Origin: a virus
Lineage: Duplodnaviria; Caudoviricetes
Reading direction: 5' to 3' (one strand)
IMG/VR virus record: IMGVR_UViG_3300028048_000068
Location: 32,001 to 96,000 of that record
Length of the DNA stretch: 64,000 nt
A model generated the notes under the pieces. That model saw only the letters and a list, made by a program, of their open reading frames with translations, had not been told where the DNA came from and made no database searches. Numbering within the stretch: position 1 is the stretch's first letter; every line of letters begins with the position of its first letter. Shown here piece by piece: positions 37,219-48,700 of the stretch. A program made the position numbers and the translations under genes.

Positions 37219-39097
37219 TATTCTCCTATTGTTATAAGTTCTCCGCTATAAGGAAGTGTTTTAATCCAGTCGCAAAAATCTGTCCACTCACGCAGTTTAT
37301 GATTCTTACGCTGGAAATATATATTACGTAGATTCGCATAGGACATTGTCACAGTACGAGTCTGCAAATATGCACTTGGAAGTATTTGTATAAGTGCGCG
37401 CCAGTAAGCCTTATCGCCAGTTTCAAGAAACTTTAAACGTAAATTTTCACACATTGTAACTATGTCTTCTACATAATCTTCAAATCTATATTCCCATCCA
37501 TCAGAATGTGGAGCAGTACCTGAAGCTACAATAAGGTCAAGCCCATCGAATTCAAACATTTCTTTTGTAATTGGAATTGATGAAAGTTTATGCATTGTAG
37601 ATGTGGAGTTTGCGACCGTGCCTACTTTATAAGTATCAAACTCTTTCCCATTTGTGGACTATCTTTTACTATATTTCTATAGGATACCATTTCGGCATTT
37701 AAGATGCTTCGTTTCCTAAAACATCGCTACGTATCAATAGTAGCCCTACTCCCCTGCCCAGAAGGTGGAGGGGATAGTCTCTACAGGTTCATAATTATAA
37801 CAAATCTTTTAAAGAGTATTTCATATTAAATGGAATGATAACTAATCGAATATTATGTTTTTTACAATATTCTTGTTTAAGTTCATCATGTTTAGTCATG
37901 ATTTCAAAATTATTACCCCAGTCTCCATCTGGTTGAATATAATGCTGTTTACCATTATATTCTATTAAATGGGATAATTTATGATTACTATTAAAAATAG
38001 CAAAATCAAAACGTAGATGGCCGCCGTTTAAGCCAAATAAATCTGGAAAGGTGTATTGTGTGGCAAATTCAATATTATTTTCTTGTAACATCTTAGCAAT
38101 ATTTTGTTCATTTAAAGAGTGAACACATCCGCAACTTTTAACATAACCTGCACGAATAGACGAGCCACGAGTAATAAAATAATTACCACAATGTTTACAC
38201 ATACATCTCCATAGCGCTGTTCCTTGTTCGTCTGACCCTGCGCGAGAAATAATTTTTAAGTTTTCATCCTCATAATTAGACATATCAATGGTATTATTAG
38301 AAGCTTTTTCTTTTTGTAAGCATCCACAAGATTTTGTATGTCCATTATTTAAATTGCGAGTATCTACATCCAATTCATTTCCACAACGACATTTACAGTG
38401 CCACTTGCCGCCTTTTATATAAAACATTGGTGTTAAATACCCAAATTGTTTACCAGTAATATCTACTCTTGGTTTTGATTTTCTAGTTTGTTTTTCCATT
38501 CTATTTTCCTCCTTCTACTTATAAGTAGAAAAAGGTTTCTTACTCTTTAAGATTTTGAAACTTTTATGTTTCCCACGGGATTCTATGGGTAGTTCCCCGT
38601 TAGCCGCTCATGCGACCCCTACCGATAAGTAGGAAAAGTATTTCATTGGCAGAAAGAATTACCTACCAATACAATGGCGCCGTTATATCGACCGACACAA
38701 AGATTTGTCTCATAAATTTAGCGTGTTCATTTCCTGCTAAAACTAACCTCTGTGCCAAATTAAGGTCGCCCGGTCCAATAAAAGCAACTTCATAAACATG
38801 GTTATGCTCATCTACTCGTAAAATACCTTCAGTGCTTAGCCATTGTTCATACTTTTCTAATACATTATAATACTCATTATAGTCTTCCATATCATGACTA
38901 TATTCTTCGAGTCCGCGCTCTCTACGTTTAATATTCTCGTTTTCAATCCATGCATCACAAACATCAGTTAATGAGTCATCATCAAAAATACTGACTAAAC
39001 CAAAACAGCTATCAGACTTATCCCATGAGTTCATGGGGTTGCGCATACCTCTGATACTACCTTCAAAATTATAAACATGTGTATTTTCAAATTTCAT
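37218..39097 (-). CDS. thyX: ThyX-like (FAD-dependent thymidylate synthase-like) protein split by a group I intron (exons 39097-38665 and 37648-37218)
   Basis: Spliced HAKFMRQI..ITAPLYW|WKEFDTYKVGTVANSTSTMH; LP..YLQTR; QR.NHKL.EW. Confidence 0.75.
37649..38664 (-). mobile_element. Group I intron in the thyX-like gene
   Basis: Exon U at 38665; ACGGGGAAC/AATCCCGTG; R GTAGAGACTA; S AAGATAGTCC; terminal G at 37649 restores W-W-K-E-F. Confidence 0.9.
37795..38499 (-). CDS. Intron-encoded homing endonuclease (Zn-binding repeats plus Vsr/PD-(D/E)xK-like C-terminus)
   Basis: Two W.C.C.CG...SCGC repeats; LRFDF...IEYNGKQHY...D..K..YC. Confidence 0.8.
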   Translation of the reverse strand: MEKQTRKSKPRVDITGKQFGYLTPMFYIKGGKWHCKCRCGNELDVDTRNLNNGHTKSCGCLQKEKASNNTIDMSNYEDENLKIISRAGSDEQGTALWRCMCKHCGNYFITRGSSIRAGYVKSCGCVHSLNEQNIAKMLQENNIEFATQYTFPDLFGLNGGHLRFDFAIFNSNHKLSHLIEYNGKQHYIQPDGDWGNNFEIMTKHDELKQEYCKKHNIRLVIIPFNMKYSLKDLL

Positions 39098-39175
39098 ATA
39101 AAGACTCCTTTCTTCATTTTCTATATATATATTATATCAGAAAAAAATTTTTTTGTCAAAATTTAAAACGCCGGA

Positions 39176-39385
39176 TTACTCCGACGTTTTGTTGCTACCA
39201 TCTTTTAGTCCTTCAGTATAACCTAAAGTATATTGTCTACGCATTTCTTCTTTTATATTTTCAAAAGCTTTAGGAAAACAACTACCAACTAAAAATTCAA
39301 AAGATATTTCTTTCATATTTAATTCTTTAACTTTTTTATGAAGTTTATGAAATTTCTCATAACTTACATGTAAATCATCAATCAT
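39176..39385 (-). CDS. Hypothetical protein
   Basis: Overlaps the nrdG stop. Confidence 0.65.
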   Translation of the reverse strand: MIDDLHVSYEKFHKLHKKVKELNMKEISFEFLVGSCFPKAFENIKEEMRRQYTLGYTEGLKDGSNKTSE

Positions 39386-39881
39386 TTTTTATCTCCCAAT
39401 GATTATTTTTTCTTATCCATATACGTTGATTGCGGCTTCCCCTTAGTTGTAAAGATAAGTCTTTTTCTTTTTCGATAAAAGGCCCATCAACTAATATGTC
39501 AATTGTATTTAATATATTTAATAGGTTTTCACTAGGCTGAACCATTAGTTCTTCATAAGTATAGCCTGTCCATAGAATAATTTCAATAGTTGGATATGCA
39601 TGACGTACTGCGTCAATAACTTCCCAAGTCATATCTATGTTTTGTGCCGCCAATGGCTCGCCACCTAATACTGAAAAATTACGATTAATGTTATTGGCTG
39701 CGATTGCTTTAATAATATTCCATTTTACTTCGGGAGTGTAAGGTACACCCCCATGAAAATCCCAAGTTTCTTCATTAAAACAGCCTGGACAGTGGTGCGG
39801 GCAGCCTTGTACAAAAAAACTGACACACACCCCATGTCCGTTGACAACATCATTCGGTATTATTGCACTATATCTACTCAT
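39378..39881 (-). CDS. nrdG: Anaerobic ribonucleotide reductase activating protein
   Basis: NG.G, CPHHCPGCFN, GGEP, RGS.NQR. Confidence 0.95.
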   Translation of the reverse strand: MSRYSAIIPNDVVNGHGVCVSFFVQGCPHHCPGCFNEETWDFHGGVPYTPEVKWNIIKAIAANNINRNFSVLGGEPLAAQNIDMTWEVIDAVRHAYPTIEIILWTGYTYEELMVQPSENLLNILNTIDILVDGPFIEKEKDLSLQLRGSRNQRIWIRKNNHWEIKND

Positions 39882-40554
39882 TTACATACTCCCATCTAAA
39901 GCCGCCACAATGTTTTAATTTACCTTTACAACATTTTGTAATGGCACTACTATCTATTTTTAAAGTTGTCGCTGCTTCTTTAATACTATCAAAGGTATTG
40001 ATAATATTATTATTATCATCTTTTTGATATACTTTTAATTTTCCACCTTGACGACTTTTATATGGTTTTATAATTTTAGTATCGTCTACTATTTTAAATT
40101 GATAGTTTTTAGTGGATAATCTATATCCTTGTAAAATACCATAAATAGCACTACGAGATACTCCAATAGCTTTTGCGGCCTCAGTAATATTAGGATAAGT
40201 AGTAATATAATTACCTTCTAAATCATATAATTCTATTGGTTTTCCTAAATGAATATGACTTTCGTCTCCACCTAATGTAGAATTATATCCATTATAATAA
40301 CTATCATAATAAGCAATCCAATATTGCTCTCTTTGATTTAATAATTCTTCATTACATTCTTCAATAATTTCGAAAGTAAAATTTTCTATTCCATACTTTC
40401 TCATTGCTTTATAAATCACCATATTATAATCCTTACAATTAGGATTATTATAATTAGATTTATGACCGCGCCATCTATTCGGAATATCTTTAGATAATCC
40501 TATATATACATGATGGTTTATTAAATTTTCAATTTTATAAATTCCACTAATCAT
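39874..40554 (-). CDS. Free-standing GIY-YIG homing endonuclease with NUMOD1 repeats
   Basis: SGIYKIEN...VYIG; GYN.T.GG. Confidence 0.9.
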   Translation of the reverse strand: MISGIYKIENLINHHVYIGLSKDIPNRWRGHKSNYNNPNCKDYNMVIYKAMRKYGIENFTFEIIEECNEELLNQREQYWIAYYDSYYNGYNSTLGGDESHIHLGKPIELYDLEGNYITTYPNITEAAKAIGVSRSAIYGILQGYRLSTKNYQFKIVDDTKIIKPYKSRQGGKLKVYQKDDNNNIINTFDSIKEAATTLKIDSSAITKCCKGKLKHCGGFRWEYVNE

Positions 40555-43500
40555 AACATTAATTTTTTACTATGTTTAAATCTATCTTCTGTTTCAGCTA
40601 TTTTACCCTTATTAAAAGCTGTTTTATAATCACCAGTTAAATATCCGGTTACCCTACGTAATCTTTGAATGTTCTTAGACCCACACTCTGGACATTCGTT
40701 ATCAATTTCACCTTGCCAACCACAATCAAGACAAGTATCTGCAGGTACGTTCAAAGCAAAATATGGTATATCTTTATCCATTGCATAGTTAACAATTTGT
40801 TCTAAAGCTTCAAGATTTTTTAATACAGCACCTTCAAGCTCAACATAAGTAATACAACCGGCGCTTGAATATCCTGTGAGTTCAGATTCAATATCTATCT
40901 TATCAAATGGCGAAATTTCTTTCCATACAGGTACATGCATTGAGTTGGTGAAGTAATCTCTATCACTGATATTTGGAAGCTTTCCAAAGTCTTCTTGGAA
41001 CTTCTTCATAGCTGTATAACAAAGATTTTCGGCTGGAGTATAGTATACTCCAAAGTTTAATTTATAAGTTTGCTTAAATTCAGCGCACCTATCTTTGAAA
41101 AGTTGTTCAATGCGTTTAGCTAATTGCATACCTTTTTCTGTAGTATGGTCGCAACCAATAAGAATTTGCAGACATTCAGCTAATCCAAGCTGACCAATTA
41201 CAATTGTACCATGCTTCAGCGCGGAACGAATACCCTCTTCTGGTATATATCCCTTCATTGTGCCATTTTCATACATAAACTTTGCGGAGGATGGGCTTTG
41301 AGAACATATATACTCAAACCTCTCAAGTAACATATCCTTTGCTTCGTGAATTTTCTCATCAAGTAAAACCATAAAGTCTTCAACATTTCCTGCCTCCATA
41401 GCCAAAGTTGGCAAAATTATTGTGACAGGGCAAATATTGCCTCTACCATCCTTGAGTTGTCCGAATCCGTTTATGTCGTATCCGTTAGCAGTTCTACACG
41501 TGTTAACCTAATGTTACCATTAGCACTGACTATATGTTCCACCTTTCGGTGGCCTCGCGCTTGGAGTTAGTGCCTATCTCTAACTCTACTCCCTTACACT
41601 CATCAGGGATAGTCGATACACCTTATTCTTCATAATATTCAAATATCCAAGTATTTTTAAACGGAGATTTAATTTGACCGTTTAATCTAGTAGTAATTGA
41701 AGTTTTGCCATTCTTGATTCCACATGCTTGCGCACAAGCTATAACAGTATCAAAAATGTCAATTTCACCAGTTTTAATATTGGTTCGTTTTACTTTTCGT
41801 GCCATTGGATTTTTAGCACCAAGTTTTGTTTGACGAATTTTATCTTTAATAATATTCATTTCTTCTTTAGTTTTAGATTGATAAGTATTACCGCCACATT
41901 TAGAAATAGCATCAGTTTCATTATATCCTTTATTAACCGAGTCATAAAAACGAATCCAATACTGTTCTTTTTTATTTAACTCATCTTGTGTTTCGGCATT
42001 ATCAATAACTTGAAGTTTAAAACTTTGTGGGCCATATTTTCTAATGGCTCTAGCGAAATGAGTATCTAATATGTTATTTAAAGCATCATTAATATGCCTG
42101 TTAAACCTATATTCTACAGGACGAGTTGTTTGTCCTATATAAACTTTATTGTTTTGAATATTTGTTATTATATATATTTCTCCAATAATCATTAATAAGT
42201 CTCCTTTTTAATGAATATTATGAAGAATCTTGGCACGGTCTCATCCACTAGGGACCTAACCGTTAGCCACTATTGTGACACCCGCGGGCGCGGTTCACGA
42301 GGTTTTAGATGGGCTATAGTTTACGCTTACCCATCGTTGAGAAATATGTGCTAGGGTCGTTGCGGTCATATCCCGCGTTGCCCGACCAATCTACATTGGC
42401 ATAGTTTGGATATAAGCGTTTTGCTGTTGATTCAAGAGCAAGTTTATATAAGTCATAATTTGGGGTACCTGGTTTATCATTGACACCTTTCATATATTGG
42501 AAGATTCCACAAGGGAAAATTGCCGTTTTGTGAAGTTTGCCAACTCCTTTGATTGAGCCTTCGAGAAGAGCTTTAATAATCATGCGGCCCTCTGGAAGTG
42601 TGCATGTGCCGTAATTAATTGATGTGAATGGTAGCTGATTGCCGCTGCGCGATTGAAGGGTATTAAGGTTATGATACATTCCTTCAACTGCTTGAGCGAT
42701 TTCTTTTTCTGTCATATCCATGGCATATTTATATGCTTTAGACTTTATTTTAAAAATATCATCATCAATGGATAACTCTACCATTGTATAATTATTCCAA
42801 TAAGAAAAATCTTCTTCAATATAGGTAAGTCCATCTTTAAAATGCTTATAAAAACTTTTTCTTACATATGGAACCATTGTCCAATCAAGATGTGATGCAC
42901 TTACTCCACCAAATTGTTGAAGCGACTGAAGCTGGAACAGAACGGCTACTAACTGAAATGCTGTATTAACTGAATTGGCTGGTCTTACATCTGTTTGTCT
43001 TGTGTTAAATCCATTGGCAAGTAAATCATCAAATGGAACTGTTAAACAGTTATGCATCCCCAGAATATAAGCATCAAGGTCATGAATATAAATCTCATTA
43101 TTTAAATGATTATTACGAGCCATTTTTGAAACAAGATTATCAAGTGCATACTGTTTAAAAATAACCGAATCTGCCTCACCTCTGCGGCCGCCGAATGAGT
43201 ATTCGTCAACATTAGCATTTTGATTCTGTACGTCGGTTGCGGCTAGCTTAACAGCGACGCGGTCCATCATTTGCGTATTCCACTCACGTTCACGATTTCT
43301 GTCTTGTCTATAACGGATATATGCCCTTGCCACATCTTTACGTTTTGTAGACATAAGTCCGTTTTCAACCAAGTCTTGAATTTCTTCTACTGTTAAAATT
43401 TTATTGTTTTCTTTTTCAATAAAAGTAGCTATATTATTGGCTTTATCTATTGCATAGGTAGAGATTTCTCCATCAATTTGTTCAAAAGCTTTTAATATAG

Positions 43501-43564
43501 CATTAACGATTTTGTTTTTATTAAATTCAACTATTCTTCCGTCTCTTTTTTTAATATATTGCAT
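40551..43564 (-). CDS. nrdD: Class III anaerobic ribonucleotide reductase split by a group I intron (exons 43564-42329 and 41498-40551)
   Basis: ATP cone, IYIHDL, spliced STMG|CRT, TPAE, YFTNS, CxxC..CxxC, RVTGY glycyl-radical motif. Confidence 0.95.
41499..42328 (-). mobile_element. Group I intron in nrdD
   Basis: Exon ends GGU with P1 partner GCCCAT; R GTATCGACTA; S CATATAGTC; P9 CTAATG-GTAA-CATTAG; terminal G. Confidence 0.9.
41623..42192 (-). CDS. Intron-encoded GIY-YIG endonuclease
   Basis: GEIYIITN...VYIGQT; GYN. Confidence 0.9.
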   Translation of the reverse strand: MIIGEIYIITNIQNNKVYIGQTTRPVEYRFNRHINDALNNILDTHFARAIRKYGPQSFKLQVIDNAETQDELNKKEQYWIRFYDSVNKGYNETDAISKCGGNTYQSKTKEEMNIIKDKIRQTKLGAKNPMARKVKRTNIKTGEIDIFDTVIACAQACGIKNGKTSITTRLNGQIKSPFKNTWIFEYYEE

Positions 43565-43592
43565 TTATCCCTCCTAAGTAATTAAAAATATA

Positions 43593-43787
43593 TTAAGGAT
43601 TGATTTTTTCGCCACAATAAATACAAACATCATTTTCATATTTGTGTGGACAAATAGACCTAAGATATTCATTATCTTCCATATACTTTTGTACTTCCGG
43701 TTGAAGAATGAATATAGATGGGTCTATTAATGACTGGATTTTTTGATTGTTGAAATTAATTTTATCTCTAATTTCGTCACCTGTCAT
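43593..43787 (-). CDS. Small protein with C-terminal Zn motif
   Basis: CPH...CIYCG. Confidence 0.7.
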   Translation of the reverse strand: MTGDEIRDKINFNNQKIQSLIDPSIFILQPEVQKYMEDNEYLRSICPHKYENDVCIYCGEKINP

Positions 43788-44895
43788 TTCTTACTTCACC
43801 TCCACGATATTCATAAAAGTCTTTGAATAAATCATAATTATTTTCTCTTACAAAATTAAAAATCTTTTGTATAGACTCTTTCTCTAATATTGGCTCTTTT
43901 ATGTGATATTGTTTAATGGCGGCATAACAGTAGCTATATAGTGTTTCAAAAGGTTCAACCGTATTGAAGAACGCAGACCTTCTTTTAACTACTAAATGCT
44001 GTGTATATCTAGCAATTAATTTCATTACGTTTTTCCAGTCATCATCAATGAGAGAGTTCTCATTATATATAAGTGGAAAAACGATATGATAACTTCGTAA
44101 ATTTATGATGTTGCGAAAAATACGTTGAATACCACCATTGATTAATTCTTCATTAGTGTAGCAGTTGGTTAAGTCAACAGATAGTTGTTGATAAGCCGCT
44201 GAAGTTTGCATTACTTCGGTCATTTCTGGGATATATGACTCATCTATTAAACCCTGGTGAGTTAGAGAGAAATAGGTTCCCATTGGCTGAAGTTCTAACC
44301 AAGATATTAAATCTGTTTTATTGTTTACGATGACCGGATACTTCATACCTACTCGGCGGCCAAGCGAATTGGATATCCAATCAGTTAGATTATCTTTAAT
44401 TAGTACTAATGCGCCATCAACATTGTTTAAATTATAGTCATGAAATATAATTCCAAAGTTGTCGCTGTCATGCCGAAATTGTTTTTCAAAGTCTTTCCAA
44501 ACAGTACTTCCATCAAGAGAAAGTCTTACATGTTCAGCGCGGCGCATTGTACTTAAAGCATTTTTATTGTAACCGTGTGCCAATTTTGGATTTAAACTAC
44601 CGTATAATGATATATCGGGTTTCATGCGCTCTATATCTAATGGAAGTGGCTTATATTTATCTCCGTCGAAGGCGCGGCCGCCATATTCGACGTTCGAATA
44701 TGTAGGTAACTGCGTATATGGATTATAGAAGTCTTGACGTACAATAAAATGGTTGTATCGGTTAGGGGAATAGCTGGGCGCTAACCCAACTATTTCCCGT
44801 TTGCGTTTGTAATAAGAGGATAATTTCATTAGTTCCAAATTATAAAAAGGAATTGGATAGTATGGAAGGTCTGCATCATATAATCCATAACTCAT
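43777..44895 (-). CDS. Hypothetical protein resembling phage NLxLMKLS radical-SAM-associated proteins, lacking CxxxCxxC
   Basis: NLELMKLSSYYK...GG.AF...LP..IE...PD.SLY. Confidence 0.55.
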   Translation of the reverse strand: MSYGLYDADLPYYPIPFYNLELMKLSSYYKRKREIVGLAPSYSPNRYNHFIVRQDFYNPYTQLPTYSNVEYGGRAFDGDKYKPLPLDIERMKPDISLYGSLNPKLAHGYNKNALSTMRRAEHVRLSLDGSTVWKDFEKQFRHDSDNFGIIFHDYNLNNVDGALVLIKDNLTDWISNSLGRRVGMKYPVIVNNKTDLISWLELQPMGTYFSLTHQGLIDESYIPEMTEVMQTSAAYQQLSVDLTNCYTNEELINGGIQRIFRNIINLRSYHIVFPLIYNENSLIDDDWKNVMKLIARYTQHLVVKRRSAFFNTVEPFETLYSYCYAAIKQYHIKEPILEKESIQKIFNFVRENNYDLFKDFYEYRGGEVRNDR

Positions 44896-45716
44896 TGTTT
44901 ATCCTCCACCGTCCAATAAAAATCTTTATAAGGTTTAGAATCATTCAAGCGGCGCTTAATTCCACATAAAATAGTATTATATTGTACTTCTGGGTGAAAC
45001 TGGTGAAAATATTCAGCGGCTTCTTTAATACTGTTAAATGTGTTTATAAGATTATGGTTTAAATCATATTGCTTAGTGATTCTATTTGAGGTTAAACGCT
45101 TACGAAAATCACTAGTATGTATATTATTACTTTGCATATATCCTTGAATTGTTGCCTCGGTTGTCCCTAAAATGAAACCTACCTCTTTGACTTTATACCC
45201 CTCTTTTAAAAGAGGAATTATTTGGGCTTTATCATAATCATTATACCCTTTTCTAATTGGATAACTTTGCCCTTGAATGCGCCAAGCTAAGCCATAATTT
45301 ATACGCCCAATTTGCTCCGCAGACAAATTAAACTGTTCTCCAATTTGTTTATAAGTTTTATTGGTGGTTTGTAATTGATTAATAATATTTTTATAACGCT
45401 GTGGAATAGATAAGTTGGTATAGTGAGTCTCTGGTTTGTTAATATTATAGCCATAAGGAAGATAAGCATTATATAAATCTATATAATAATCTTCTTTATA
45501 AGGTAATTCATCAATTTCACATTCTTCTAATATAGAAAATTCAAACTTATCTATTCCATATTTACGAATTGCTCGATATAGAGGATAGTTTTTTGTTTTA
45601 CTATCGCATCTATGTTGGTTCCATCTATTTAAAATATGCTTGCTTTGCCCCACATAATTTTTTCCGTTTACAGTGTTGTGTATTAAATAAATACCAGTAA
45701 TAATAGTAGTATACAT
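44892..45716 (-). CDS. Free-standing GIY-YIG endonuclease with HTH/NUMOD domains
   Basis: TGIYLIHN..NGKNYVGQS. Confidence 0.9.
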   Translation of the reverse strand: MYTTIITGIYLIHNTVNGKNYVGQSKHILNRWNQHRCDSKTKNYPLYRAIRKYGIDKFEFSILEECEIDELPYKEDYYIDLYNAYLPYGYNINKPETHYTNLSIPQRYKNIINQLQTTNKTYKQIGEQFNLSAEQIGRINYGLAWRIQGQSYPIRKGYNDYDKAQIIPLLKEGYKVKEVGFILGTTEATIQGYMQSNNIHTSDFRKRLTSNRITKQYDLNHNLINTFNSIKEAAEYFHQFHPEVQYNTILCGIKRRLNDSKPYKDFYWTVEDKQ

Positions 45717-48700
45717 TATTCCGCCTCCGCGCGCTCAGAAGTAGTTTCTATTGTTCCGTCCTCTCGTATATAAGTGATTTTTTCTACTAATGAGTATGGA
45801 GTTTTGGAGTATTTTTTAGCTAAAAAATTCGTTTCGTCTTTTTTAATTCCAGTTACAATTATTTTATTTCCTCGGCTAAAATAACTTTTTTCAACTACTT
45901 TTTTAGTACCATCCGCGCGCCGTATAGATATTTGCTTGTCATAATGTGTGAATGCATCACCGAATATCTTTACGGTTACTACGCTATCATTTGTTAATAA
46001 GGTAACCGTTTTTTTGTTTTTATCTCTATCTAACACCGTTCCCGCAATGCGACAAATTTTAAACATCGGAATTCTTCTTCCATCTTTTGAAGGAAAAGTA
46101 TAGTCAACTATTGGTTCATTAGGTAATTTATTGAAACTACTTATTCCATATAAACTATTTTTAAGCTTTTTTAATTCATGGTCGTGGATATAACATGAAA
46201 TCGAATCCATTTCCCACTGACTTATGTTACCTAAACAATATTTGTCCCATAAGTCTTGTCTTAATCTATTGTTTACTTTATTTAATAATTCTTCATTGTT
46301 TTTTTGAATAAATGGACGAATTATATCCATTTGCTTTTTATATATTTTATCCCAATCAGTTTGTTTAATTTGAAATATATATTGAGGTTCAGAACTAACC
46401 ATTAATAAATCCATATCAAAATTATATGAGTAAAAGCCTAATGCTATATCATCTAATCCATATGAATTACCAAATTTAAATTTTTTCAAATACTTATTAA
46501 AATTGTAAACTCTACATTGTAAATCGTATTCTTCTGGAATCAAGCCAAAGTCAATTAACATCTTCATATTTTGAAGTGTAATACGCTTTTTCTTATCTGC
46601 AATCAAATCTATATACACATTCATTGCTTTTATACGGTCGCCGCCATATAATCCATCGAATGCGCCCGACTTAATCAAATTAATCATCTGCGGTTTATTA
46701 ATTTTAATTTTACTTAAAAAATCTTCAATATTCTTATATGGACGATTCTCCATTATTTGCTTTACAATTTCATCGCCTACTTTTGTAATACCACTTAATC
46801 CATATACGATACGATTATTATCTATATCTGGCGAAAATGTATATTTTGATTGATTTATATCAGTTGCAACAATTGATACGCCCTCATGACTCATTTTTCC
46901 AATAGCTGTAGCAATCTTACCATAGTTTGCACTTTTTGCTGGTTTCTTTTTGGACTTAGATTCAGATATATCGGATTCATCTTCATCATCGTCATCACTG
47001 TCTTCAAATACTCCCATTGATAAGTCATAAGTGGTTTCCCCAACATCTTCTCTATCTGTTCCTTCGTCATCATCTTCACTTTCTTTTTCTGCGCCACCGC
47101 TATCAGAGATAAGACACGCGCAATCCCACAAAATCGTTGGATATTTATATGCAAGATTTAATTCCTGTAATCCAATTAACGAATATGCTAATGTATGTGA
47201 TAGGTTAAATCCATATCCTTTTGACATCGCGATTAATACGTTCCATACATAAGTACATAACTTTTCATCTAAACCTTTTTCTTTTATTGTTTTAAAATAC
47301 TCATCGGTTAACTTATCATATTCTGCTGGATTCTTTTTCGCAATTGATTTTCTTAACTTATCCGCCCAAGTCAGATTAAATCCACCTAGCTCTGGGAGCT
47401 GAACCAATTGCATGAACTGTTCTTGTGCAATACACAAACCATATGACGTACTCAATACTGGTTCAAGAATTTCTTTAGCTTCGGCGCCGAGTCCATATTT
47501 CTTTAACTCATAATCCCAATCGCTTGGGTGTGCTTTAAAACGCGCAAGCTTATTAACTGGCATTTCTCCACCCTTTTCTGTCGCCATAAGACGAATTGCA
47601 GAGTTGAGAATTGCCAAGTCATCTACTGATGTTGGTTTCATCGCTGCAATTCCGCTTATTCCAGACTGTTTCTCCATTTGGAATAAACTCATTACCTTAT
47701 GATTCCAACACATCTCCCACATTTCTTTACTATCTCTTTCGAGATTGTAAATACCAATTATTTTTTCATATGTTTCTTTTAATGTGGCTTCTCTTTCCTC
47801 ATAACCATATTCACAAATTAAATCAATACAGTTATGAATTTTATCAAGTGCTTCTACTGAAAGAATATCGTATTTAATAAGTCCTGTATCTTCTGCATCA
47901 TGAAGGTCGAACTGTGTAATAATTTCGCCTTTTGGCGCACGCATAAGTGCGGTTGACTCTGTAAACGGTTCATCAACAAAAATTACACCACCTGCGTGGA
48001 TACCGCAACCATTTATAAGTCCTTCGATACCCTGCGCGACTCTCCATACCTCTGGATAATTCTCTTCCATTTCAGTTCTAAACTGAACCGATGCGCTCAT
48101 TCCGTTGTCTGGGTCACCATAGAATGTTTGTTTGAGAGTTCGAAGCTGTCCTCTATCTGCTTGGATAAATGAAGATAGATATGCAGCTATATCATTGTCA
48201 ATTCCAAGACCACGACAAGCTGTTTGAATTGCCGACTTTGACTTCTCTGTCTTCAAAGTTAATACGTTCGCAACCCTATCTTCTCCATAAATATTACGGA
48301 ATGACTTCAATACTTCTGCGCGCCGGCCGCCCTCGATGTCAATATCTACGTCAAGAACCGATACACGCTCTGGATTTAAGAATCTCCAACGCTTTGTCTG
48401 ACTCTTTTCTCTTAATGGATTTATCTGTGTAATACCTAACAGATATAATAATATAAATCCTACTCCTGAGCCTCGGCCGCAACCGACGAGAGTTCCTGCA
48501 TCCCAACACGCATCAATTATGTTTTGAAGATTTAAAAAATATGCACTCCATCTACTTCCATTTACTTCTGATGAAATCCATGTATCTTCAAGACACGCAT
48601 TAATTTCATCTAATGTACGTTTATTTTGAAATTCATGATATTTACTTATTTTATATATAATTGCTTCTGCTAAACGACGGTCTTCAGAATACTCTGAATT

